From positions 1 to 32,985 of the forward strand of contig CAZABF010000001.1 of NCBI GenBank assembly GCA_964483495.1: a stretch of DNA of 32,985 nt. Direction: 5' to 3'. A program made the position numbers and the translations under genes. Shown piece by piece: positions 8,678 through 17,129 of this stretch (position 1 is its first letter; each line of letters starts with the position of its first letter). The notes under the pieces are model-generated. The model was not told where the DNA came from. It ran no database searches and worked only from the letters and a program-made list of their open reading frames with translations. The DNA comes from an uncultured Candidatus Pelagibacter sp. GTDB lineage: Bacteria > Pseudomonadota > Alphaproteobacteria > Pelagibacterales > Pelagibacteraceae.

Positions 8678-9658
8678 TTATCTAATATTTGCATTTAAGA
8701 TGTTATGAATAGTTAAAATTCCAATTGTTTTATTTTTCATTTTTTTATTATGTACACATAAGCATGTAATTTTTTTTGAATTCATTATAGATATGGCTTG
8801 AGTTGCCAAGATATCTTTATTTACACTTATAGGATTTTTTTTCATAATATTTTTTGCAATAAGATTTTTTATATTAGCATTTTTTTCTGATATTCTTTTG
8901 ATATCCCCGTCACTTATAATACCAGATGTTTTTTTAAAATTATTCCTTACAACTAATACTCCTAAATTAAATTTATTCATTGTTTTTAGTGCACCTCCTA
9001 ATAATATATTTTCATTAATAAAAGGAACTTTTTTTTCTTTAATCATTAAATCTTCAGCTGTTTTAAGTTTTGCTCCCAAACTTCCACTTGGATGAAATTT
9101 TTTAAAATCAAGTTTCCCAAATTTTCTATAATTCATAGTTGAGATTGCTAAAGCATCACCTATACTTAATTGAACTATAGTAGAAGATGTAGGAACTATT
9201 TTTCCAGGGCCAGCTTCGTGAACATTTGGAATTAATAAATTTATATCAGCAGATTTATAAAGTATTGAATTTTTTTTTGACACTATTCCAATTAAAGTGA
9301 TTTTTTTATTTCTTTTGACATGTTGAATAATATTTTTTAATTCTGCACTTTCTCCACTAAAACTAATTAAAATTAATACATCGTTAGAACTTATCTGGCC
9401 TAAGTCACCATGAGAACAGGCGGCCGCATCAACAAAAAAAGATGGTATGCCAACTGATGCTAGTGTTGATGATATTTTTTTACCTATAATACCCGACTTT
9501 CCAACTCCTGAAATTATTACTTTACCATTTTTACAATTTATAATTGCTCTAACAGCTTTGTTAAAAGAATTATTAATACTGAGCTTTAATTTTCTTAAAG
9601 ATTTTATTTCATTTTCAATAACTTCTTTAGCTACCGGTATAAAATTTTTTTTTTTCAT
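8678..9658 (-). CDS. kdsD: Arabinose-5-phosphate isomerase, KpsF/GutQ family (SIS + CBS domains)
   Basis: GVGKSG, HGDLG, SFSGES, PTSS, GDALA, FHPSGSLG, then two CBS domains. Start placed at ATG 9658 (TAATG overlap with the rnd stop) rather than 9670. Confidence 0.93.
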   Translation of the reverse strand: MKKKNFIPVAKEVIENEIKSLRKLKLSINNSFNKAVRAIINCKNGKVIISGVGKSGIIGKKISSTLASVGIPSFFVDAAACSHGDLGQISSNDVLILISFSGESAELKNIIQHVKRNKKITLIGIVSKKNSILYKSADINLLIPNVHEAGPGKIVPTSSTIVQLSIGDALAISTMNYRKFGKLDFKKFHPSGSLGAKLKTAEDLMIKEKKVPFINENILLGGALKTMNKFNLGVLVVRNNFKKTSGIISDGDIKRISEKNANIKNLIAKNIMKKNPISVNKDILATQAISIMNSKKITCLCVHNKKMKNKTIGILTIHNILNANIR

Positions 9659-10269
9659 TAATGAGACCAAACATCTTCTTTGAAAGAAGCTAGATCAAGA
9701 TCTACTCTAGTTTTAATAAAACTTATAGTCTTTTTATATAAATCCATTCTATTTTCTCTTAACAATATGTCGTCTAAAAAATTATTTATTTTGTGTAAAT
9801 ATATTACATCGTTTGCGCAATATTTTATTTGAGCTTCACTTAGCTTTCCACCAAAGTCAGAAGATTGAAATTGTTTACTCACATCTATACCTATAACTTC
9901 TTTTATTAAATCTTTTAGACCGTGTTTATCTGTATATGTGCGACAAAGTTTTGATTTAATTTTTGTACATTCTATATTTTTAATATTTGCATTTAAATAA
10001 TTTTTTAGAAATCCCAAGTCTGCTCTTGCATAATGAAATACTTTTTTGACTTTTTCATCTTGAAGTATACTTAACAATTTTGGAGCTTTATAATTTTCTC
10101 TATTTAATTGAACAATATGAGCATCTAAATTTCCTGAAGATATTTGTACAAGAAAAAGAGGATCTCTTTTTACATTTAATCCGCCCATTTCACAGTCAAC
10201 AGCAATAGTATTGCTTACTTTAAAATCATCTGGTAAGTCTTTTTTGTGTAATTTAATATCTATACTCAT
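9658..10269 (-). CDS. rnd: Ribonuclease D (short DEDDy 3'-5' exonuclease)
   Basis: IAVDCE, LVQIS, KVFHYARAD, RTYTDKHGLKDL, QSSDFG, YCANDV, C-terminal WSH; typical alphaproteobacterial rnd-kdsD pairing. Confidence 0.9.
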   Translation of the reverse strand: MSIDIKLHKKDLPDDFKVSNTIAVDCEMGGLNVKRDPLFLVQISSGNLDAHIVQLNRENYKAPKLLSILQDEKVKKVFHYARADLGFLKNYLNANIKNIECTKIKSKLCRTYTDKHGLKDLIKEVIGIDVSKQFQSSDFGGKLSEAQIKYCANDVIYLHKINNFLDDILLRENRMDLYKKTISFIKTRVDLDLASFKEDVWSH

Positions 10270-10285
10270 TTTAAAATATTTATAT

Positions 10286-11227
10286 ATGATAGAAAAAAAT
10301 ATTCTAGTCTTCGGTGGTTCTGGTCAAATAGGTCGTCATTTAATAAGAAGATTGATTAAAAACAATCATTTAGTAACAGTTGTAACTAGAAATCAACATA
10401 AAAAAGGAGCAATATTAAAAACTCAAGGAAATCCAGGTTATATTGAAATTGTTGAATCAAATATTTTTGATGAAGAAAAATTGAATAGTCTAATTGCAAA
10501 GAAAGATATTTGTATAAATCTTATTGGAATTATTTATGAGGATAAAAAAAATACTTTTACAAATATTCATGTACACTTTCCTTCGTTAATTTCAAAAATT
10601 TGTGAAAAACATAAATTAAAACAATTTATACATGTTTCTGCATTGGGAATTGAAAGCGCAAAAGATAGCAATTATGCAAAAAGTAAAATAGAAGGTGAGA
10701 AGAAAATAATTAATAATTTTCCAAGATCAACAATACTTAGGCCATCGGTGATTTATTCAGTTGATGATAATTTTACAACAAATCTGATGACACTATTAAA
10801 TTTATTGCCTTTTTTTCCTCTCTATTATAGTGGAAAAACTAAATTTTCACCAATACATGTTTCTGATATGGCGGAAATAATCTCAAATATAATAGACAGA
10901 AGTATATGTTCAGAAATCATAGAGTGTGTTGGTCCAGAGGTAATGACATTTAAAGAAATAATAGAAAAACTATCAATTTTAATAGGCAGAAAAAAAATAT
11001 TAATTCCTTTGCCAACATCAATCGCTAAATTAACTGCTTTTTTTTTAGAAAGAATTCCAAAACCATTATTAACAAGAGATCAATTAAAACTTTTAAAGTA
11101 TGACAATGTTCTTTCTGGTGAAATAAAATCAAATCTAGACATAGGAGTTCGCTCAAAACTTAGGTTTACAGAGGAGGTTAAAAAATATTCTTACATGTGG
11201 AAAGAAGGCGGCGAATATTCAAAATAA
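10286..11227 (+). CDS. NAD(P)-dependent epimerase/SDR, complex I NDUFA9 subunit family
   Basis: VFGGSGQIG Rossmann motif, INLIG, HVSALG, YAKSK, LRPSVIY, PIHVSD. Start placed at ATG 10286 because the ORF-track extension overlaps rnd. Confidence 0.88.
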   Translation: MIEKNILVFGGSGQIGRHLIRRLIKNNHLVTVVTRNQHKKGAILKTQGNPGYIEIVESNIFDEEKLNSLIAKKDICINLIGIIYEDKKNTFTNIHVHFPSLISKICEKHKLKQFIHVSALGIESAKDSNYAKSKIEGEKKIINNFPRSTILRPSVIYSVDDNFTTNLMTLLNLLPFFPLYYSGKTKFSPIHVSDMAEIISNIIDRSICSEIIECVGPEVMTFKEIIEKLSILIGRKKILIPLPTSIAKLTAFFLERIPKPLLTRDQLKLLKYDNVLSGEIKSNLDIGVRSKLRFTEEVKKYSYMWKEGGEYSK

Positions 11228-11240
11228 TTAATTTAATTTT

Positions 11241-11732
11241 TTAAGCTGACTTTATTTTTTTTTCTATAAATTGAGGTAATTCTTCTTCACCTGTTAAATC
11301 TTCTTTTTTTCCTCTTGGTTGAAAGACCACTATGATGTGCAAAGGACAATAAGAAAATTTCTCGACGTTTTTTCTGCCACAAAATGATGCTGTGCTTTCA
11401 TTAGGGTGTCCTTCCATATATTTGCATGTACTTTCAGTCAGTTCTTCTAATCTTAAATTTTTTGCAGGCTCAAAATTTTTATCTAAAAGCAAAGATCTAA
11501 ATTTAACTTTTCTACTTCTTATTTGGATGTTATTATTTTCTTTGAAATTTGAATTATTTGAAAAGTTTGTCTTTGTTCTTTTTATAATTTTTCCTGATAG
11601 TTTTAATCGATGAGCTTTACCAATTACTGCATTTCTACTTATGCCACCAATAATTTGAGCTATTTGACTCGCTGTATTGCCCTTGCCCCAAAGCTCTTTT
11701 AATTTATCTACCTTTTCTTCTGTCCAACTCAT
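11241..11732 (-). CDS. gcrA: GcrA cell-cycle regulator
   Basis: MSWTEEKVDKLKELWGKGNTASQIA...ISRNAVIGKAHRL helix-turn-helix and C-terminal CKYMEGHP...FCG...YCPLH; divergent from the ABC permease-argD genes as in other alphaproteobacteria. Confidence 0.96.
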   Translation of the reverse strand: MSWTEEKVDKLKELWGKGNTASQIAQIIGGISRNAVIGKAHRLKLSGKIIKRTKTNFSNNSNFKENNNIQIRSRKVKFRSLLLDKNFEPAKNLRLEELTESTCKYMEGHPNESTASFCGRKNVEKFSYCPLHIIVVFQPRGKKEDLTGEEELPQFIEKKIKSA

Positions 11733-11735
11733 TTA

Positions 11736-11782
11736 ACACTATATATTGTAGTTTGTACTATTTATATAACAATATAGAGATA
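11736..11782. promoter_or_regulatory. Tandem candidate NrdR boxes upstream of gcrA
   Basis: acactatatattgtag (11736-11751) matches the NrdR consensus acaCwAtATaTwGtg at 14 of 15 positions. A weaker copy, taacaatatagagata (11767-11782), is offset by 31 bp. Confidence 0.6.
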
Positions 11783-11862
11783 CACATACAATATAAATAA
11801 AAACAAGCATTATTTTTGTTTTTTTAACAAAATTTGTAAAAAAAGTTTATGAATAATGATTT

Positions 11863-12672
11863 ATGGTTGAATTAGATAACAAATATCAAATTGGTGTAAA
11901 AAGATTTGGAATTAATTGGGTAGGTGCATACACATTATATTTAAAAGAAACTTTAAGATTTTTATCTGTTTTTGGTCAAACTATTATTGGACCGGTGGTA
12001 ACCTCAATACTTTTTCTTTCAGTAATTTCTCTGGCAATAGGTGAAGATAGACAAAATGTTTTGGGTGTAACATTTATTGAGTTTCTTGCACCAGGACTTA
12101 TTGCTATGCAAATTATTCAACAAGCTTTTTCTCATTCATCTTCGTCACTTTTAATGGGAAAAATAATGGGAAATATTGTTGATTTAATAGGGGCACCTTT
12201 GTCAGCCAGTGAAGTGACTCTAGCAGTAATATTAGCGTCAGTAACACGTGCATTAATGATCTCAGTTATTTCAATAATTATATTTTCACTAATGATAGAA
12301 ATAGAAATAAAAAATTATTTGATATTTTTTACTTATCTATTTTTGAGCTCATTTATTATGGGAGCTGTTGGTTTTATAGCAGGATTATGGGCAGATAAAT
12401 TTGACCACATGGCAACTGCTACAAATTTTATTATTGTCCCATTATCTTTTTTATCAGGAACCTTTTATTCCGTAGATAGATTGCCCAATTTTTTAAATTT
12501 GCTTAGTAAATATAATCCTTTTTTTCATATGATAGATGGTTTTAGGTATTCATTTATAAATAGTATGGATGGGTCAATTAAATTTAGTCTAATTTATTTA
12601 ATTATACTTTCAATATTAACTTGGTTTATTGCGTATAAACTTTATAAAAAAGGTTATAAAATTAAATCATAA
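11863..12672 (+). CDS. ABC-2 type transporter permease (YadH-like)
   Basis: About six hydrophobic segments, FLAPGLIAM, PLSFLSGTFYS, NPFFHMIDGFRY. Confidence 0.9.
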   Translation: MVELDNKYQIGVKRFGINWVGAYTLYLKETLRFLSVFGQTIIGPVVTSILFLSVISLAIGEDRQNVLGVTFIEFLAPGLIAMQIIQQAFSHSSSSLLMGKIMGNIVDLIGAPLSASEVTLAVILASVTRALMISVISIIIFSLMIEIEIKNYLIFFTYLFLSSFIMGAVGFIAGLWADKFDHMATATNFIIVPLSFLSGTFYSVDRLPNFLNLLSKYNPFFHMIDGFRYSFINSMDGSIKFSLIYLIILSILTWFIAYKLYKKGYKIKS

Positions 12673-12683
12673 TAAATAAATTA

Positions 12684-13847
12684 ATGAGCGCACTAGCAAA
12701 AAATTATAACAGAAGAAAAATTTCTTTTAAGAGAGGCAAAGGAATCTTTCTTTATGCCGCTAATGGAACAAAATATCTAGATTTTGTGCAAGGCATAGCG
12801 GTAAATTCTTTAGGCCATTCTAATCCACACTTAATTAGAGCAATTAATAAACAAGTTAAAAAAGTCTGGCATGTATCGAATGCATTTATAATTCCTGAAG
12901 GAGAGAAGCTTGCCAAAAGACTCACCCAAAAAACTTTTGCTGATAAAATTATTTTTCAAAATTCTGGTGCAGAAGCAATCGAAGCATCAATAAAAGTTGC
13001 AAGAAGACATTTTTACTCAATTGGACAAAAAAATAAAAATAGAATTTTATGCATCAAAAACTCTTTTCATGGCAGAACAATTGCCGCAATTAATGCTAGT
13101 GGAAGCAAAAAAATGCAAGAAGGATTTGGACCCAAAGTTAATGGCTTTGATCACTTTAAATTTGGAAATCTAAAATCTTTAAAGAAATCTATAAAAAAAA
13201 ACACTGCCGCAATAATGATCGAAACTATTATGGGTGAAGGTGGCATTAAAGTTCATAGTAATGCTTTTCTAAAAAAGTTGAGAAAAATATGCAGCCAAAA
13301 AAAAATATTGTTGATTTTAGATGAAGTCCAATGCGGAATTGCAAGAACTGGAAAGTTTTTTGCATTCGAGTATGCAAAAATTAAACCAGATATAGTACCA
13401 ATTGCGAAAGGAATAGGTGGAGGATTTCCACTTGGTGCTGTATTAATGACAAAAAAAGTTGCTTCTGGGATGGTTCCAGGAACTCATGGAACTACAAATG
13501 GCGGCAATCCCTTAGCAATGAGCGTTGGCAATGCTGTATTAGATCAAATTTTTAAAAAAGGATTTCTTAAAAGTGTACAAAAAATATCTAAATATTTTCA
13601 TAATGAACTAAATAAAATTAAAAATGATTATCCTAAATTAATTAAAGAAGTTAGAGGCATAGGTTTTTTAATTGGTTTGCAACTTTTTAATGATCCAACA
13701 AAATTTATTAAAAAACTTCAGGATAACAACTTACTCACAATAAGATCTGGGGAAAATACTATAAGAATTTTACCTCCTCTTAATGTTAAGAAGTCAGAAA
13801 TAGATATTGCAATAAAAATTATTAGAAAAGTTTGTAAAGAATTTTAA
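12684..13847 (+). CDS. argD: Acetylornithine aminotransferase
   Basis: YLDFVQGIAVNSLGH, NSGAEA, SFHGRT, LDEVQCGIARTG, AKGIGGGFP, HGTTNGGNPL; upstream of argF. Confidence 0.95.
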   Translation: MSALAKNYNRRKISFKRGKGIFLYAANGTKYLDFVQGIAVNSLGHSNPHLIRAINKQVKKVWHVSNAFIIPEGEKLAKRLTQKTFADKIIFQNSGAEAIEASIKVARRHFYSIGQKNKNRILCIKNSFHGRTIAAINASGSKKMQEGFGPKVNGFDHFKFGNLKSLKKSIKKNTAAIMIETIMGEGGIKVHSNAFLKKLRKICSQKKILLILDEVQCGIARTGKFFAFEYAKIKPDIVPIAKGIGGGFPLGAVLMTKKVASGMVPGTHGTTNGGNPLAMSVGNAVLDQIFKKGFLKSVQKISKYFHNELNKIKNDYPKLIKEVRGIGFLIGLQLFNDPTKFIKKLQDNNLLTIRSGENTIRILPPLNVKKSEIDIAIKIIRKVCKEF

Positions 13848-13852
13848 TTATA

Positions 13853-14785
13853 ATGAAACATTTTATTAATATAAGAGATATTCCTAGCAAAGATTTAAAA
13901 AAAATAATTTTTGACGCAAAAAAGAGAAAGAACAGAAGAAAAAATTTGAATACTCTTGATGCAGATAAAGATTCACCATTAAAAGGCAAGCTATTAATTC
14001 AAATGTTTGAAAAAGCAAGCTCAAGAACAAGATTGAGCTTTTATCTTGCAATAAAACAATTAGGTGGAGGCACTATAACTATAAAAGCTAATGAATTGCA
14101 TTTAGGCAAAGGCGGAGAAAGTTTAGCTGACACAGCAAAAATTTTATCAACTTATGGTGATGGCTTCATGTTAAGAACTGATAGTGATGAAAAAATAAAT
14201 GAATTTAGTGAATATTTAACCATTCCAATAATTAATGGATTAAGCCCATCTTCACATCCAACACAAGTTTTATCAGACATTTTTACAGTTGAAGAAATTA
14301 AAAAAAAACCCATTTCAAAGTTACAAATCTGTTGGATTGGAGATGCTAACAATAATGTTATTAATAGTTTGATTGAAGCTTCAGTTAAATTTTCATTTAA
14401 ATTAAATATTGGTTGTCCAAAAAAATATGAACCAAATAAAAATTTATTAAGCTGGACAAGAAAAAATAAAGGAAAAATAAAAATATTTAATGATATTAAA
14501 AAAGCTGCGACAGGTAGCGATGTATTATTTACAGATAAAGTAATAAGTATGAACGATAAAGTAAATAAATCTAATAAATTAAAAGATTTTAAAAAATTTA
14601 AAGTAACTTCAAAAGTTATGAGTTATTTAAAATCAAGTGGAATATTTCTTCATTGTTTGCCCAGAGGAGCAGAGGTTTCAAATGAAGTTTTTTTAGGCAA
14701 GCAATCAAAAGTGTGGCAACAAGCACTTAATAGAATTTATGTTCAGAAAAGTATATTATTGTATTGTTTTGAAAAATTAAGGTAG
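13853..14785 (+). CDS. argF: Ornithine carbamoyltransferase
   Basis: FEKASSRTR, ESLADT, INGLS...HPTQ, FLHCLP. Confidence 0.95.
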   Translation: MKHFINIRDIPSKDLKKIIFDAKKRKNRRKNLNTLDADKDSPLKGKLLIQMFEKASSRTRLSFYLAIKQLGGGTITIKANELHLGKGGESLADTAKILSTYGDGFMLRTDSDEKINEFSEYLTIPIINGLSPSSHPTQVLSDIFTVEEIKKKPISKLQICWIGDANNNVINSLIEASVKFSFKLNIGCPKKYEPNKNLLSWTRKNKGKIKIFNDIKKAATGSDVLFTDKVISMNDKVNKSNKLKDFKKFKVTSKVMSYLKSSGIFLHCLPRGAEVSNEVFLGKQSKVWQQALNRIYVQKSILLYCFEKLR

Positions 14786-15307
14786 TGGTTTTGGATTGTC
14801 ACTACTTTGATTTAGATATAAAATAACTGAAGCTCTATCTCTTTCATCTTTTAATCCAGCAAATCCCATTTTATTTCCTTTAATCCATTTAGATGGTTTA
14901 GTTAGAAAACCATTCATCTCTTCCCAATTCCAATCTTTTCCATAAGAAGCTAAAGCTTTTGAATACTTATAATCAGTTATTGATCCAACTGGCCTAAACA
15001 TTACATTCCATAACTTTGGTCCAATTTTGTTTCCACCACCTGCATTAATGCTATGACATGCTTTACATTTTTTAAATACCTTTTCTCCATGTGAAACATC
15101 AGCCATTGCAAATAAAGCATTTAGATCAACATTAGTTTCGGCAGCATTTGCTTCACCCGACGTTCCTTCCGTAGCTTCTACTTTGTAAGCAACAATATTT
15201 TTGTCATCTTTATCGAAAATTATATCCGATATTTTTCCAACACCAAAAACCAACAATATTGTTAATAGAATTGCTGTAATAATTTTATTTATTTCAAAAG
15301 AATTCAT
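14777..15307 (-). CDS. cycM: Membrane-anchored cytochrome c (CycM / cytochrome cy type)
   Basis: N-terminal TM helix, CKACH heme motif, KIGPKL, GNKMGFAGLK; divergent from kdsB as is typical in alphaproteobacteria. Confidence 0.9.
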   Translation of the reverse strand: MNSFEINKIITAILLTILLVFGVGKISDIIFDKDDKNIVAYKVEATEGTSGEANAAETNVDLNALFAMADVSHGEKVFKKCKACHSINAGGGNKIGPKLWNVMFRPVGSITDYKYSKALASYGKDWNWEEMNGFLTKPSKWIKGNKMGFAGLKDERDRASVILYLNQSSDNPKPLP

Positions 15308-15412
15308 TTATATTATTTATTTTAACTCATATAACATGTTAGTTATTAAAAAGCTTAAATATTTAATTAAACACTTTGCGTCTCTTGGACGCATAAATTA
15401 TCAAGCAATATA

Positions 15413-16150
15413 ATGTCTAAAACAGTAATTCTGATACCTTCAAGACTTTCTGCCAAAAGGTTACCTAGAAAACCTCTTTTAAAAATTAATGGAATATCAA
15501 TCATTTCTCATGTTGTTAAAAAGGCCAAAGAGGCTGATATTGGAGATGTTTATGTTGCCACAGAAGACAAAGAAATTATGGAAGATATAAATTTAAATGG
15601 AGGAAAAGCAATTTTAACTAGCAAAAGACACAAAACGGGTTCTGACAGAATTTTTGAATGTTTTGAAAAATTAGATTTAATAGATATTGACTATATTATT
15701 AATCTTCAAGGCGATGAGCCAAATATCGATTTAAATGATCTTAGGCATTTTAATAAATTAATTAATATTAATAAGCCAGAAATAGGAACGATGGCCGCTG
15801 AAATTGACAATAAATCAAAACTAAAGGATGAAAATGTTGTTAAGGTTATTACGGAAAGTAAAATTACAAATGAAAATTTTCCAATTGCATTAGATTTTAA
15901 AAGAAGAGCAAATGATCAAATTATAAATATTTATCATCATATTGGAATATATGCTTTTAAGCCAGAGATTTTAAAAAAAATTATTAAATTGAAACAAACT
16001 AAAAATGAAATTAAAAATAGACTAGAGCAGCTAAGAGCAATGGAAAATAGAATAAAAATAAATGTAGCTTTAGCAAAATTTTCTCCTATAGGTATAGATA
16101 CCATGGAAGATTATCTGGCTTTAAAAAAACTTTTAGAATATAACTCTTAA
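15413..16150 (+). CDS. kdsB: 3-deoxy-manno-octulosonate cytidylyltransferase
   Basis: IPSRLSAKRLPRKPL, TGSDR, INLQGDEP, HIGIY, LEQLR, GIDT. Confidence 0.96.
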   Translation: MSKTVILIPSRLSAKRLPRKPLLKINGISIISHVVKKAKEADIGDVYVATEDKEIMEDINLNGGKAILTSKRHKTGSDRIFECFEKLDLIDIDYIINLQGDEPNIDLNDLRHFNKLININKPEIGTMAAEIDNKSKLKDENVVKVITESKITNENFPIALDFKRRANDQIINIYHHIGIYAFKPEILKKIIKLKQTKNEIKNRLEQLRAMENRIKINVALAKFSPIGIDTMEDYLALKKLLEYNS

Positions 16151-16151
16151 A

Positions 16152-16979
16152 ATGAAAATTCTCTACCAAGGTATTCCAGGAGCATATTCACACTTAGCAG
16201 CCCTTGAAGTTTACCCGGATGCCAAAGTAATTCCATGTAAAACTTTTGATGAATGTTTTGAAAAAGCCAAAGAAAATAATGAATTAAGAATAATTATTCC
16301 AGAGTCAAATAGAATTACTGGAAGTATAGGAATTGAATATTTAATTTTTAAATATAGACTAAATATTTATGCTGAACATTTTTTAAAAATAGAGCATAAT
16401 CTTTTAGCCACTCCTGGAGCAAAAATTAGCGATATAAAAAATATTTATTCGCATGCTCAAGCTCTTTCTCAGTGTTCAAATTTTATAAAAAAAAATAATT
16501 TTATTGAAAATGTTCATGCTGATACAGCTGGGTCTGCAGAGTTAATTTCTAAAAAAAAAAGCAAAGAAAGTGCCGCTATAGCTTCTAAACTTAGTGCAGA
16601 AATTTACAAATTAGATATTGTGTCTAAAAATGTAGAAAATGAAAAAGGTAATTCAACGCGTTTTTTAATAATGGGAAACTTACTTAAGCAACCAGATTTT
16701 AAAAATGGAAAGTTTATTACCTCTATATTATTTAAATTAAAGAGTAAGCCAGCAGCACTATATCAATCTCTGGCTGGGTTTGCTATCAATGGCGTGAACA
16801 TGACTAAATTGCAAAGTTACCCTGAAAAAAATTCATTTTCTTCTTATTTCTTTCTTTGTGACTTGGATGGTCATATTGAAGATCCAAAAATTAAAAAATC
16901 CTTAGAAGAATTAGGTCTCCATTGCCAAGATTTTCACGTGCTAGGTGTTTTTGAAGCTGACAAATATAGAGATAAATAG
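16152..16979 (+). CDS. pheA: Prephenate dehydratase (monofunctional, with ACT domain)
   Basis: YQGIPGAYS, YSHAQALSQC, DTAGSA, NSTRF, GVNMTKLQSYP. Confidence 0.94.
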   Translation: MKILYQGIPGAYSHLAALEVYPDAKVIPCKTFDECFEKAKENNELRIIIPESNRITGSIGIEYLIFKYRLNIYAEHFLKIEHNLLATPGAKISDIKNIYSHAQALSQCSNFIKKNNFIENVHADTAGSAELISKKKSKESAAIASKLSAEIYKLDIVSKNVENEKGNSTRFLIMGNLLKQPDFKNGKFITSILFKLKSKPAALYQSLAGFAINGVNMTKLQSYPEKNSFSSYFFLCDLDGHIEDPKIKKSLEELGLHCQDFHVLGVFEADKYRDK

Positions 16980-16992
16980 TTAATTACTTTTC

Positions 16993-17022
16993 TTGTAGAA
17001 TAAGAATCTTTACTGTTATAAT
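16993..17022 (+). promoter_or_regulatory. Sigma70-type promoter for the SRP RNA / dnaX locus
   Basis: TTGTAG (16993-16998), 18 bp spacer, extended -10 TGtTATAAT (17014-17022), ending 7 nt before the SRP RNA 5' end. Confidence 0.7.
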
Positions 17023-17029
17023 ACATTTT

Positions 17030-17113
17030 GGAGGCTAGAGGTGGGTGCTGCTTGAACCCGACCAGATCCTAACGGAAGCAATCGTAAAGACAGTTTCTCA
17101 GGTTCTAGTCTCC
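17030..17113 (+). ncRNA. ffs: Small bacterial signal recognition particle RNA (4.5S)
   Basis: GC-rich island. Terminal stem ggaggctagag/ttctagtctcc; domain IV CAGA-TCC-TAAC-GGA-AGCA; canonical position upstream of dnaX-ybaB-recR. Confidence 0.92.
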
Positions 17114-17129
17114 TAAAATAATTAATTTT

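Noticed and set aside
349-16560. Other A/T homopolymers of 10-11 nt in trpA, ihfB, kdsD and pheA as phase-variation tracts
   Set aside because: All are in frame as poly-Lys codons in intact housekeeping genes and reflect base composition.
16152-16979. pheA lacking a chorismate mutase domain
   Set aside because: Monofunctional prephenate dehydratase next to kdsB is normal in alphaproteobacteria.
17030-17113. GC-rich hairpin upstream of dnaX as a novel riboswitch or terminator
   Set aside because: It is explained by the SRP RNA domain IV pattern and the ffs-dnaX-ybaB-recR synteny.
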